DNA of 32,000 bases from an uncultured Candidatus Saccharibacteria bacterium (GCA_964481125.1 CAYZSL010000002.1:117801-149800), one strand, 5' to 3'; counted from the first letter of the stretch, positions 17,889 through 27,639 are shown. A program made the numbers and translations. The notes: generated by a model from the sequence alone, not told the origin.

Positions 17889-19418
17889 ATGAATCAATTT
17901 ACCCTACTTTTAGTGGGCATATTTGCTTTGACCCTAGGATCGGTTTTGGGTTACTATGCCCGCCAATCAATCGCCAAGAAACAAGCAGGTACCTTAGAAG
18001 CAAAACTTCAAAAGAAAGTTCTCAAAGCCAAGCAAGAAAGCGAAATAGTTCTTGCTGAAACGGAAGAGAAAGCAAAACAACTTTTAGAATCTGCCCAAAA
18101 AGAAACAGATGATAGGCGCTACGAGGTTTTAAAAACCGAGCGTCTTTTATTAAGAAGGGAGAATATTTTAGACCAGAAGATCTCCACTCTTGAAAGGGAC
18201 CAAAAAGAATTCCAAGAAAAAGTTGAGAAATTAAGAACGATTAAGGAAAGTTTGGAAAAACTTAGACAGGAAGCTATAGAAAATTTAGAAAGAATTTCCA
18301 AAGTTTCCATGGAAGAAGCGAAAAAAGAATTGCTCCAGAACCTGGAAAAAGAATACCAGCAGGAAGCTTTGGAAAAGATAAGAAAACTGGAAAAGGAAGG
18401 ATGGGAAAAGTACGAAGAAAAAGCAAAAGAATTTTTAACCATCGCCATTCAAAAGTGCGCCCTAAGCCAAGCACAGGAAATTACCACCACTTCCATAAGC
18501 TTGCCTTCAGAAGAAATCAAAGGAAGGATTATCGGTAAAGAAGGCAGGAATATTAGAACTTTAGAAAAGCTGACAGGGGTTGAGATTATTGTTGACGAAG
18601 CACCAGAATCAGTGGTTATTTCCGGGTTTGATCCTGTGCGTAGGCAGATTGCCAAAATTGCCTTAGAAAGGCTGATCAAAGACGGCAGGATACAGCCAGC
18701 AAAAATTGAAGAGCAAGTTCAATCTGCTGAAGCAGATATCGGCAAACAGATTAAAGAAGCCGGAGAAACAGCGATTTACGACACGGGAGTGATCGGACTT
18801 GACCAGAAAATAGTTCAATTGCTGGGAAGATTGAAATTCAGAACGAGCTTCGGCCAGAATGCTCTCTTACACTCTATTGAGGTCAGTCATTTGGCTGGCA
18901 CTTTAGCTTCTGAAATCGGCGCTGATTCTCGAGTCTGCAAGAAAGCAGGGCTTTTGCACGACATTGGCAAGGCGGTTGACCACCAAATAGAAGGCTCTCA
19001 CGTTGATATCGGAATTAAGATTTTGGAGAAATTCGGAGTTGAAAAAGAAGTGGTTTCAGCTATGAAATCCCATCACGAAGATTATCCTTACGAAACCCTT
19101 GAATCAATAATAGTTCAGACCGCTGACCAGATATCAGGCGCCAGGCCTGGAGCCAGAAAAGACACTTTGGAGAATTATTTGAAAAGACTGGGAGAATTGG
19201 AAAAAATCGCTTTGAATTTCCAGGGAGTGGAAAAAGCCTGGGCTTTGCAAGCTGGCAGAGAGATCAGAGTTTTTGTTAAACCGGAACAAGTAGATGATTT
19301 GCAAGCCAAAACTTTAGCCAAAGATATTGCTAAGCAGATACAAGAAGAGCTAAGATATCCTGGCGAAATTAAAGTGACAGTTATCAGGGAAACAAGAGTG
19401 ATTGAACACGCAAAATAG
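17889..19418 (+). CDS. rny: Ribonuclease Y
   Basis: N-terminal TM + long coiled coil, KH (GRIIGKEGRNIRTLEKLTGVEIIVDEAPESV), HD (NALLHSIEVSHLAGTLASEIG...KAGLLHDIGKAVDH). Confidence 0.97.
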   Translation: MNQFTLLLVGIFALTLGSVLGYYARQSIAKKQAGTLEAKLQKKVLKAKQESEIVLAETEEKAKQLLESAQKETDDRRYEVLKTERLLLRRENILDQKISTLERDQKEFQEKVEKLRTIKESLEKLRQEAIENLERISKVSMEEAKKELLQNLEKEYQQEALEKIRKLEKEGWEKYEEKAKEFLTIAIQKCALSQAQEITTTSISLPSEEIKGRIIGKEGRNIRTLEKLTGVEIIVDEAPESVVISGFDPVRRQIAKIALERLIKDGRIQPAKIEEQVQSAEADIGKQIKEAGETAIYDTGVIGLDQKIVQLLGRLKFRTSFGQNALLHSIEVSHLAGTLASEIGADSRVCKKAGLLHDIGKAVDHQIEGSHVDIGIKILEKFGVEKEVVSAMKSHHEDYPYETLESIIVQTADQISGARPGARKDTLENYLKRLGELEKIALNFQGVEKAWALQAGREIRVFVKPEQVDDLQAKTLAKDIAKQIQEELRYPGEIKVTVIRETRVIEHAK

Positions 19419-19434
19419 ACAATTATTATCTAAA

Positions 19435-19460
19435 CAAAAACGGCTTTCGGGCCGTTTTTG
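19435..19460. terminator. Bidirectional rho-independent terminator
   Basis: Perfect inverted repeat CAAAAACGGC-TTTCGG-GCCGTTTTTG. Confidence 0.9.
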
Positions 19461-19466
19461 CATTTG

Positions 19467-19537
19467 AGCGGGTGAGGGGAATCGAACCCCTGGCGCCAGT
19501 TTGGAAAACTGGGGTATTACCACTATACGACACCCGC
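19467..19537 (-). tRNA. tRNA-Gly(TCC)
   Basis: GCGGGTG/CACCCGC acceptor, CCAGT-TTTCCAA-ACTGG anticodon arm, AGGGG-TTCGATT-CCCCT T-arm. Confidence 0.92.
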
Positions 19538-19560
19538 AAAGTTCAATAAATTTCGTTTGG

Positions 19561-19631
19561 TCGGGGCATCCAGATTTGAACTGGAACTAAATCCTCCCAA
19601 AGGACTCGTGCTACCGTTACACTATGCCCCG
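19561..19631 (-). tRNA. tRNA-Pro(TGG)
   Basis: CGGGGCA/TGCCCCG acceptor, AGTCC-TTTGGGA-GGATT anticodon arm, TCCAG-TTCAAAT-CTGGA T-arm. Confidence 0.92.
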
Positions 19632-19661
19632 TTCATTCCCATTCTAGTAGAACTTACTCTT

Positions 19662-19688
19662 TTGGTCAATTTTCTAGTATGGTATACT
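19662..19688 (+). promoter_or_regulatory. Promoter TTGGTC-N15-TATACT with TG extension, 9 nt before ATG of the kinase gene
   Basis: TATACT 19683-19688, ATG 19698. Confidence 0.45.
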
Positions 19689-19697
19689 AATATAATA

Positions 19698-20645
19698 ATG
19701 ATTGGTAAAAAAATTCTTGAACAACTGAATATTATTAAGCAATGCAGGAAATATAGCTTGTCTGTTTGGCAGTGCCCCCAGTTTCTTTTCCTGATAATGG
19801 GCATAATTATTATTGTATCTTCCTTGCTTACTTATGCTATCGGCAACCGCTACATTGAGGATCCGCTTTTGGTCGCTTTGATAGTTATTGCCGTCAGCAT
19901 TGTCCTGCTTATAATTGCGGCAACCATTACCCGTAGTTTTGAAACTCTGGCAGAAACAAACAGGATGAAATCAGAGTTTGTCAGCATTGTTTCCCATCAG
20001 CTTCGCTCGCCCCTCTCTAACTTAAAATGGGTTATTGAGCTTTTGATGTCTGGCAAAGTTTGTCCGGTTGCAGAAAAGCAGACAGAATACTTCAGAATGT
20101 TAAAAGAAAACAGCAAGAGAATGGACGAGCTTGTTTCTGATTTACTGACTGTTTCTAGAATAGAACAAGGTAGGTTGCCTCTGCAAAAAGAAAAAACCTC
20201 TTTTAAAGATTTAGTTGAAAAAATAATCAAAGAAACTGAAATTTTAGCCAAAGCGTCCAACGTTGAAGTAGAATTCAATCCGGCAGACAATCTGCCCGAC
20301 ATTATCTTCGATCCGTCGCAGCTTAAGTTGTCCGTCGCTAACCTTTTGGAAAATGCCATTCGCTATGCAAAAGCAAAAGGAAACGTGAAAATAGGCTTAA
20401 AGAAGAAAAACAGCAAGCTTTACTTTGAGATAAAAGACAGCGGAGTGGGCATTCCCGAAAAAGACCAAAAATATATTTTTCAGAGGTTTTTCCGTTCTGA
20501 AAACGCAAAAAAGCGTCAAACCGAAGGATCAGGCCTCGGTTTATACATTGCCAAATCAATTATTGAAAAATCAGGCGGTAAAATAGGATTTAACTCTAAG
20601 GAAAATAAAGGGTCGACGTTTTGGTTCACCTTGCCAATAAAATAA
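19698..20645 (+). CDS. Membrane sensor histidine kinase (track ORF opens inside the tRNA at 19557; ATG 19698 preferred)
   Basis: Two TM helices, FVSIVSHQLRSPLSNLKW H-box, NLLENAIRYAKAKG N-box, DSGVGIPEKDQKYIFQRFFRSE, GSGLGLYIAKSI. Confidence 0.92.
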   Translation: MIGKKILEQLNIIKQCRKYSLSVWQCPQFLFLIMGIIIIVSSLLTYAIGNRYIEDPLLVALIVIAVSIVLLIIAATITRSFETLAETNRMKSEFVSIVSHQLRSPLSNLKWVIELLMSGKVCPVAEKQTEYFRMLKENSKRMDELVSDLLTVSRIEQGRLPLQKEKTSFKDLVEKIIKETEILAKASNVEVEFNPADNLPDIIFDPSQLKLSVANLLENAIRYAKAKGNVKIGLKKKNSKLYFEIKDSGVGIPEKDQKYIFQRFFRSENAKKRQTEGSGLGLYIAKSIIEKSGGKIGFNSKENKGSTFWFTLPIK

Positions 20646-20650
20646 ATATT

Positions 20651-21019
20651 ATGAAAACAATTCTTTTTGTTGAAGACGAATTCACTCTCCAAAAGACCCT
20701 CGGGGAAGTTTTAACCAAAGAAGGCTACCAGGTAATTTCCGCTCTAGACGGAGAAATAGGATTGAGAATGGCGAAAGAAAAAAAACCAGATTTAATCTTG
20801 CTTGATTTGATTTTGCCGAAAATGAACGGATTTGAGGTTTTGAAAAAGATAAAAGAAGACGAGGCAATCAAAGACATACCGATAATCGTTTTAACCAATC
20901 TTGAAGGAATGGAAGACATACAAAAGGCTTTGGAACTGGGAGCAGCCACTTATTTGGTGAAAGCGAATTATAGCCTGGAAGAAGTACTGGAGAAAATAAA
21001 AAAGACTATCAACGAATAA
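20651..21019 (+). CDS. Single-domain response regulator (REC only)
   Basis: ILFVEDE, DLILLDLILPKMNGFEV, IIVLTN, YLVKA motifs; start ATG 20651. Confidence 0.92.
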   Translation: MKTILFVEDEFTLQKTLGEVLTKEGYQVISALDGEIGLRMAKEKKPDLILLDLILPKMNGFEVLKKIKEDEAIKDIPIIVLTNLEGMEDIQKALELGAATYLVKANYSLEEVLEKIKKTINE

Positions 21020-21032
21020 CAACAATTTATCA

Positions 21033-22787
21033 ATGAGAGTAGAGCCGCAACAATTAAAAGCTTTTCTTTTGGATGCCAAATTAACTACTGAAAAGCAGTT
21101 TAATGAGGTTCAGAAAGAAGCTGAAAAGAAAGGCCAGAAAGTCCAGGACGCTTTAGTCTGCAAAGGAGTCATTTCACAAGAAGAGATGATTAAGATGGAA
21201 GCGTATATCTTGGGTATTCCTTTTGTCGATTTGGAAAGGGAAAAGATTGATGATGAAATCCTGAAGATTATTCCTGAACCGATCGCTCGTTCCAACAATA
21301 TTGTTGCTTTCAGGAAAAAAGGAAAAGATTTGGAGGTGGCTATGCTTGATCCAGAAGACCTGGGAACGATTGATTTTATCAAAAAAACCGCTGATTTTAG
21401 GATTTTGCCGAGATTAACCACTCCACAAGGCATTAAAAACGTTCTTCTGCAATATCAGAAGAGTTTGGAAGCTGAGTTTGGAGATATAATAAAAAAAGAG
21501 GCCGGCGGAATCAAAACAGTCAAAGACAGTGCTTTAACAGAAAAAGGAGAGGTCGAGGATTTAAAAAAAGCAGCTGAAGATCTGCCGGTAATCAAGATTA
21601 TTGACACTCTTTTGAAACACGCTATTTTAGGCAGAGCTTCAGATATTCATATTGAACCGACCAGAAAGGAAGTAATAGTCAGATACAGGATTGACGGCAT
21701 ATTAAGGGATGCCATGGTTCTGCCGAAACAGGCCAGTTCAGGAATCGTTGCCAGAATAAAAGTCTTATCCAATTTAAAACTTGATGAACATAGACTGCCC
21801 CAAGACGGCCGTTTCAGGGTTGAAGCAGAAGACTACAAGTTTTCAATTCGTGTTTCTATTCTGCCGGTTTTTGACGGAGAGAAAGTGGTAATGAGGCTTT
21901 TGTCGGAAACAGCTAAAGCATTTACTTTAGAACAGCTTGGGCTGAGGGGAGAGTCGTTGGAATTCATTCAGGACAATTTGAGAAAGCCGATCGGCATGAT
22001 TTTAGTAACCGGCCCCACTGGCTCTGGTAAAACCACTACCTTATATTCAATGATGGAAATTTTAAACAGTCCGGCTATAAACATTTCAACCATTGAAGAT
22101 CCTATTGAGTATAGAATGCCGAGAATCAATCAGACCCAGGTGAACGCCAAAATCGGATTGACTTTCGCTTCCGGACTCCGTTCTTTGGTCAGGCAGGATC
22201 CTGACGTAATTATGGTCGGTGAAATCAGAGACAATGAAACCGCAAGCTTGGCCATCAACGCTGCTTTAACCGGCCATCTGGTTTTGTCCACCTTGCATAC
22301 TTCTTCAGCTGTCGGCGCCATGCCCAGGCTTATCGATATGAAAGTTGAACCGTTTTTAATCTCTTCGACCCTGAATGTTGTTTTGGCTCAAAGATTAGTC
22401 AGGCGGCTTTGCGAGGAGAAAGAAAAATACAATTTAAAAGACTCTGAAATAAAAAATCTTAAAAAATACTGCGACTTGGACAGAATCTTAAAAGCATTGA
22501 AAGAAGAAAAAATAATAAAGGAAGACCAAAATTTGAAAGATGTTACTTTTTACCGGCCGAAAATCACCAAAGATTCTCCCGAAGGATACCAGGGCAGGCT
22601 GGGGATTTACGAAGTGTTGCCGGTTACCGAAACCATAAAGGAATTAATAGTAAAAGAGGCTGATGCTGAACAAATACAAAAACAGGCTTTGCAGGAAGGC
22701 ATGAGAACAATGGTTGAAGACGGCTTCCTAAAGGCAGCGCAAGGCATTACTTCAATCGAGGAAGTTTTAAGAGTAGCAGTAGACTAA
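21033..22787 (+). CDS. pilB: Type IV pilus assembly ATPase PilB/GspE
   Basis: GPTGSGKTTTLYSMMEIL Walker A, DPDVIMVGEIRDNETA Walker B, GHLVLSTLHTSSA His box, N-terminal MshEN-type domain. Confidence 0.95.
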   Translation: MRVEPQQLKAFLLDAKLTTEKQFNEVQKEAEKKGQKVQDALVCKGVISQEEMIKMEAYILGIPFVDLEREKIDDEILKIIPEPIARSNNIVAFRKKGKDLEVAMLDPEDLGTIDFIKKTADFRILPRLTTPQGIKNVLLQYQKSLEAEFGDIIKKEAGGIKTVKDSALTEKGEVEDLKKAAEDLPVIKIIDTLLKHAILGRASDIHIEPTRKEVIVRYRIDGILRDAMVLPKQASSGIVARIKVLSNLKLDEHRLPQDGRFRVEAEDYKFSIRVSILPVFDGEKVVMRLLSETAKAFTLEQLGLRGESLEFIQDNLRKPIGMILVTGPTGSGKTTTLYSMMEILNSPAINISTIEDPIEYRMPRINQTQVNAKIGLTFASGLRSLVRQDPDVIMVGEIRDNETASLAINAALTGHLVLSTLHTSSAVGAMPRLIDMKVEPFLISSTLNVVLAQRLVRRLCEEKEKYNLKDSEIKNLKKYCDLDRILKALKEEKIIKEDQNLKDVTFYRPKITKDSPEGYQGRLGIYEVLPVTETIKELIVKEADAEQIQKQALQEGMRTMVEDGFLKAAQGITSIEEVLRVAVD

Positions 22788-22798
22788 ATTAAAAACAT

Positions 22799-24019
22799 AT
22801 GCCTATTTATAATTATTTCGCCAAATCCTTAAAGGGAGAAGAGAAATCAGGGATAGCCCAGGCTAAAGACAAAAAAGAGCTCTCCCAAATTTTAAAAGAC
22901 CAAGGTTTTATTTTAATCCGAGCCGGAGAAAAAGAAGAATCAGCAAAAAAAAGCAAATCTGTCAGTTTATTTTCTTTCGGCGGGAAAGTTCCCCTGACCG
23001 AAAAATTAATTTTCACCAGAAACCTCCAGGTAATGATAAGTTCTGACCTTGCTTTGCCCAAAGCTCTCGAAACTTTAGCTTTACAGACGAAAAACAAAAA
23101 ATTCAAAGAAGCTATTCTAGATATCAGCAATGAGATTATTAAGGGAAACAATTTTTCTGAAGCTTTGACAAAATACCCCCAGATTTTCTCAGGACTTTTC
23201 CAGAACATGGTGAAGGTCGGGGAAGAAGCCGGCAACCTTGACGAAGTGTTGAAGATTCTGGCTCTGCAATTGGAAAAGGAAAACGAGCTGAAGTCAAAGA
23301 TAAAAAGCGCCATGATGTATCCAGTAGTAATAATTTCGGCAATGATCGGCATAGGTATTTTGATGCTGATTATGGTTGTGCCGAGTCTGGCTGATACTTT
23401 TGAGGAATTGGAAATTGAATTGCCCCTTACCACCCAAATAGTAGTCGGTTTGGGAACGTTTTTGGCTACTAATTGGCTTCTCGTTCTTTTGGGCATTATT
23501 TTCCTTGTTTTCATTTTGTCTTTCACTCCGAAAATTAAAAAAGGCAAAAGAGTGATGGACGCTTTATTTTTGAAAATTCCGGTTATTTCTACTTTGGTAA
23601 TAAAAACTAACTCTGCTCAGGCTATTAGGACCTTGGGTTCTTTGATTTCTGCTGGCGTGCCGATTATAAGATCTTTAAAGGTTACTTCAGACGTACTGTC
23701 TAATATTTATTACAAGGACGCTCTTTTGGTAGCTATGGAGAAAGTCAAAAAAGGAGAAAAGCTTTCAGATGCTTTGAGTCCTTATGAAAATATATTTCCT
23801 TTGGTTGTTATCCAGATGATTAAAGTTGGCGAAGAAACCGGCAAAACAGCGCCCATTTTGACCAAATTGGCCGACTTTTTCGAGGAAGAAATAGATTACG
23901 CTACCAAGAATTTAGTTTCCGTTATTGAACCTGTTTTAATGATTATGATCGGAGCTGCTATCGGCTTTTTTGCTATCTCAATGATCCAGCCGATGTACTC
24001 CATGTTGGGCGCAATTTAA
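22799..24019 (+). CDS. pilC: Type IV pilus inner membrane platform protein PilC/GspF
   Basis: 406 aa with duplicated GspF domain: FTRNLQVMISSDLALPKALETLA..., LGSLISAGVPIIRSLKVT..., VVIQMIKVGEETGKTAPILTKLADFFEEEID. Confidence 0.94.
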   Translation: MPIYNYFAKSLKGEEKSGIAQAKDKKELSQILKDQGFILIRAGEKEESAKKSKSVSLFSFGGKVPLTEKLIFTRNLQVMISSDLALPKALETLALQTKNKKFKEAILDISNEIIKGNNFSEALTKYPQIFSGLFQNMVKVGEEAGNLDEVLKILALQLEKENELKSKIKSAMMYPVVIISAMIGIGILMLIMVVPSLADTFEELEIELPLTTQIVVGLGTFLATNWLLVLLGIIFLVFILSFTPKIKKGKRVMDALFLKIPVISTLVIKTNSAQAIRTLGSLISAGVPIIRSLKVTSDVLSNIYYKDALLVAMEKVKKGEKLSDALSPYENIFPLVVIQMIKVGEETGKTAPILTKLADFFEEEIDYATKNLVSVIEPVLMIMIGAAIGFFAISMIQPMYSMLGAI

Positions 24020-24498
24020 TGAAAAATCAGAATTCAAAAGCTTTTACATTCGTTGATGTTTTGATTGGCGTCAGTTTGCTGCTGATTATTTTTATTAGCA
24101 TTTTCGGCGTTTTTCAATTGACCTCGAAAATAATCGTCCTCTCAAAGAACAAAATTACTGCTGCCTCAGTTGCTAACGAAGAAATAGAAAAGATAAGGAA
24201 TCTTGTTTATTCTTCGGTTGGTATTATTAATGGCGCTTTGCCGACAGCTGTCGGTATTTTATCTTCAACGAGTACCGTTGCCTTAAATAACGTTGATTAT
24301 TTTATTGAAAGGAAGATTGAATATATTTCAGACGAAGCTGACGGAACCGGAGGCGCAGACAGCTGCGATTTGGATTACAAGCGGGTTGATATTAGAGTCT
24401 CTTGGCAGAGTCGGTTTCCCGGAGAGATAAAAATGGTCACTGATATATCTCCGCAAAGCAAAGACGAAGAACTTGCTTCTTGTCAGGCTCAGCCATAA
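24019..24498 (+). CDS. Minor prepilin with atypical signal (KAFTFVD)
   Basis: MKNQNSKAFTFVDVLIGVSLLLIIFISIFGVFQL; position in pil cluster. Confidence 0.7.
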   Translation: MKNQNSKAFTFVDVLIGVSLLLIIFISIFGVFQLTSKIIVLSKNKITAASVANEEIEKIRNLVYSSVGIINGALPTAVGILSSTSTVALNNVDYFIERKIEYISDEADGTGGADSCDLDYKRVDIRVSWQSRFPGEIKMVTDISPQSKDEELASCQAQP

Positions 24499-24506
24499 TA
24501 ATTTTT

Positions 24507-25106
24507 ATGAAAAAAGGATTTACTCTCGTTGAAACCATGGCCACTATCGCTGTTTTTGCCTTGGCTATTGGCCTTGTTGTCGGCTTGATTGTTATGACCT
24601 ATAGGACATACGGACAAACTTGGCAAAAGTCTTCAACTACCAACGAAGCAAGGAAAGCTATTGAAACAATGGTTCAGGAAATCAGAAAGGCCAGATCCGG
24701 AGAAGACGGTTCTTATCTTCTTGGAAAGGCTGATGATGGAGAATTAATAATCTATTCAGATATCAACAAAGACAGCAGTATTGAAAGGGTCAGATATTTT
24801 TGGCAGGCCGGAGAAGCGACTAACAGTTTTAAAAAGGGGGTGACAGAACCCTTCAATAACGAAGGAGTCATCAGCTATCCCTTGGATCAGGAACAGATTG
24901 AAAATTTAAGCTCTTTCGTTTGTAATGACCTGCCTGTTTTCAGATATTTTGACAGCAATAATCAGGAGATAGCGGAACTTGGCAGTCGCATCCTTAATAC
25001 AAGGCTGATCCAGGTTTATTTAGCCATCAATGCTGATCCGGACAATCCCTCTCAGAATTTTGAATTATTGTCTTCAGCTCAGATAAGAAATTTAAAAGAA
25101 GAGTAA
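24507..25106 (+). CDS. Minor prepilin (PilW/GspJ-like) (track ORF opens at 24480)
   Basis: MKKGFTLVETMATIAVFALAIGLVVGLIVMTYRTYG; canonical G-FTLVE. Confidence 0.82.
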   Translation: MKKGFTLVETMATIAVFALAIGLVVGLIVMTYRTYGQTWQKSSTTNEARKAIETMVQEIRKARSGEDGSYLLGKADDGELIIYSDINKDSSIERVRYFWQAGEATNSFKKGVTEPFNNEGVISYPLDQEQIENLSSFVCNDLPVFRYFDSNNQEIAELGSRILNTRLIQVYLAINADPDNPSQNFELLSSAQIRNLKEE

Positions 25107-25107
25107 T

Positions 25108-26514
25108 ATGCCAAAAGGAATAATCACTACATACGCTTTGGTTTTCGGAGCCATATTCACCATATTGCTTGCCAGTATTGTCGGGGTTGTTTTGCTGCAG
25201 TTAAAACAAGCTAATCAGAGATTGGCCTGGAATCAGGCTCTGCACACAGCCGAAGCCGGCCTCCATTATTACAGATGGTGTTTGAATAACGCGGTTGAAG
25301 ATAATTGCCAGCTTGAAAAGGAGCATTTTGATATTGAGGGTAATCCATTGGGAGAATTTTTTCTGGAAGATTTCACCAATTATGCCTGTGGAGAAATGGT
25401 TTCCAGGAGAATATATTCTACTGGCTGGGCTAACAAGTTCCCTGATACCCAGAGGAAGATAAGCATGTTTTATTCCAGATCTTCCATAACCGGATTTTCC
25501 TATTTGACCAACACCAATGTTTGGGTAGAATCAGGTACGCAGGTAAAAGGAGTATACCGTTCCAATGCCGGTATAAGAATGGATGGAGAAAACAAATCTT
25601 CGGTTCTTTCAGCTACCAGTTCTTGGCTTTGCACCGCTTCTTACGGGTGCGATTATTTAAGCTGTCCTACTGATTGTTCTCGGGAGGGCTCATCTTGCCG
25701 CTGCCCGGGGATTTTTACCACCACCAAGGAATCTAATCCCGATTTATTTTCTTTTCCTGTCGAGTATTTTAATTTTGATGCAATTACCATAGACTTGAGA
25801 GCGATAAAAGACATTACCATTAGCCATCCCTTGCAGTATTACTGGCCGCCGGTAACAGAGGTTGATCCTATTGGTTTGGGATACCATCTTAAGTTTTTGA
25901 CAACTGGCGGGTTTGAAGTATGGATTATTACCGATTTAACTTCAACTTATTCTTACAGCGCAGAAGAAGGTTGGCATTATGACTCTTTTATAATCAGCGG
26001 GGAGTATCGTTACGGCGGTACGATTTTCACAGACCCTGATTGTGGGCTTATCTTTGTTGAGGATAATCTTTGGGTAAACGGGGAGATAAACGGAAAAGTA
26101 ACAATTGCTTCAGCAGACCTGATTAGTCCGAGTAAAGATACAAGCATTATTTTGCCAGGCGATATTTATTACGATAATCAGAGCGGCTCTTGCGGGCTAG
26201 CGTTAATCACCGAAAAAAATATTTTAATCGCTCCTAATGCTCCAAGTCAAATGGATATGTTCGGCATTTTCGTTGCCCAAAAAGGGCGCTTTGGCATAAA
26301 CCATTATCCTTCAAATCTTAAGAATAAGCTGAAGATAACTGGTTCAATAGTCAGCAGCAATAGAATCAGGATTAATTGGGCTTCCGGGGGATCAATAATA
26401 TCAGGCTTCAAAATTTACGAACACAAAGTTGACTTAAATGTAATTTACAGTCCGCCTCTCTTTGTTCCCTATACCGGTTCTGACTTCAGAATTGTCGGCT
26501 GGGAGGAAATATAA
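25108..26514 (+). CDS. PilX-like pilus assembly/tip protein with large C-terminal domain
   Basis: N-terminal TM MPKGIITTYALVFGAIFTILLASIVGVVLLQLKQANQRLAWNQALHTAEAGLHYYRW; Cys-rich CTASYGCDYLSCPTDCSREGSSCRCPG. Confidence 0.65.
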   Translation: MPKGIITTYALVFGAIFTILLASIVGVVLLQLKQANQRLAWNQALHTAEAGLHYYRWCLNNAVEDNCQLEKEHFDIEGNPLGEFFLEDFTNYACGEMVSRRIYSTGWANKFPDTQRKISMFYSRSSITGFSYLTNTNVWVESGTQVKGVYRSNAGIRMDGENKSSVLSATSSWLCTASYGCDYLSCPTDCSREGSSCRCPGIFTTTKESNPDLFSFPVEYFNFDAITIDLRAIKDITISHPLQYYWPPVTEVDPIGLGYHLKFLTTGGFEVWIITDLTSTYSYSAEEGWHYDSFIISGEYRYGGTIFTDPDCGLIFVEDNLWVNGEINGKVTIASADLISPSKDTSIILPGDIYYDNQSGSCGLALITEKNILIAPNAPSQMDMFGIFVAQKGRFGINHYPSNLKNKLKITGSIVSSNRIRINWASGGSIISGFKIYEHKVDLNVIYSPPLFVPYTGSDFRIVGWEEI

Positions 26515-26529
26515 TAAAATATCAATATA

Positions 26530-27639
26530 ATGTTTAATTTTCTTAATTTAAAGCAAAAAGCTTTTGGGCTCGATATTTCTGATTTTTCTTTGAAAATTGC
26601 AAAGCTTAAGAAACATGGCCAGTTTTTTAGTGTATCTTCATTCAAAGAAGTGCCCTTGGAAACCGGTATAGTCAGAAAGGGAGAAATTAGAGACGAAGAT
26701 AAATTGGCAGAAATAATTAAAAAGTCAGTAAGAAACGTCCAAGGTGAAAAACTGCAGACAAGAGACGCTGTAATTTCTCTGCCGGAAGAGAAATCTTTTT
26801 TGAGGATAATCCAAATGCCCAAGCTTTCAGGAGAAGATTTAAAATCAGCGATAGTTCTTGAAGCTGAAAATCACATACCTTTGTCCATGGAAGAAGTTTA
26901 TTTTGATTACCAGGCTATTACTCCTTTATACGATCACTTGGACCATCTTGATGTCTTAATTGTGGGCTTCCCACGGAAGATAATCGATTCCTACGTCAGC
27001 TGCCTTAAAAAAGCCAATATCAGGCCAGTTGCTTTAGAGCTAGAATCTCTGGCTATTACTCGCGCTTTAATAGAAAAAGAGGTTTCTACCCATCCTGTTT
27101 TTATGCTTGATTTCGGTTTGAGTAAGACAAACCTTATCATATTTTCCGGTAATTCTGTAAAGTTTACGTTTTTTCTACCTGTCTCTTCACAAGAGCTTAC
27201 TGAAGCTGTAGCCCGTTCCATGCAAATTGATTTAGTTAAGGCTGAAAACCTGAAAAAGCAATACGGCTTGGAAAGCAAGGTAGACAAAACAGGAGAAGAA
27301 GTCTTTAACGCTTTGATCCCGCCCTTGACCGATTTAATAGAACAAATTAAAAAATATTTTGATTATTACCGGGCTCGGCCCCAGCATGAACACTTGCCGC
27401 CGAACGGCACAAAAGAAGAAGTTATTTTGGTTTGCGGCGGCGGAGCCAAACTGAAAGGATTGACTGATTTCCTTTCTTCACAGCTAAAAATTGCGGTGAA
27501 AATAGGAAATCCTTGGGTGAATATTCTTCCTCCGGCCAGCCAACCCAAGGAGAAGGCTTTGATTTATGAAAAAGAAGAATCGTTGAGCTATACCACTGTT
27601 CTGGGATTAGCATTAAGAGGAATTAAAGAAAATGATTAA
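26530..27639 (+). CDS. pilM: Type IV pilus assembly protein PilM (actin-like ATPase)
   Basis: FGLDISDFSLKIAKL, AENHIPLSMEEVYFDYQ, LVCGGGAKLKGLTDFLSSQL, GLALRGIKE. Confidence 0.92.
   Translation: MFNFLNLKQKAFGLDISDFSLKIAKLKKHGQFFSVSSFKEVPLETGIVRKGEIRDEDKLAEIIKKSVRNVQGEKLQTRDAVISLPEEKSFLRIIQMPKLSGEDLKSAIVLEAENHIPLSMEEVYFDYQAITPLYDHLDHLDVLIVGFPRKIIDSYVSCLKKANIRPVALELESLAITRALIEKEVSTHPVFMLDFGLSKTNLIIFSGNSVKFTFFLPVSSQELTEAVARSMQIDLVKAENLKKQYGLESKVDKTGEEVFNALIPPLTDLIEQIKKYFDYYRARPQHEHLPPNGTKEEVILVCGGGAKLKGLTDFLSSQLKIAVKIGNPWVNILPPASQPKEKALIYEKEESLSYTTVLGLALRGIKEND

Noticed and set aside
19557-19697. N-terminal extension of the histidine kinase
   Set aside because: It overlaps the antisense tRNA-Pro gene; a promoter directly precedes ATG 19698.
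22813-23547. 244 aa minus-strand ORF opposite pilC, plus other antisense ORFs (e.g. 14827-15180, 19997-20359, 8028-8408, 9188-9433)
   Set aside because: They lie wholly inside clearly conserved coding genes on the other strand, have low-complexity Ser/Phe-rich translations and match no family; shadow ORFs.
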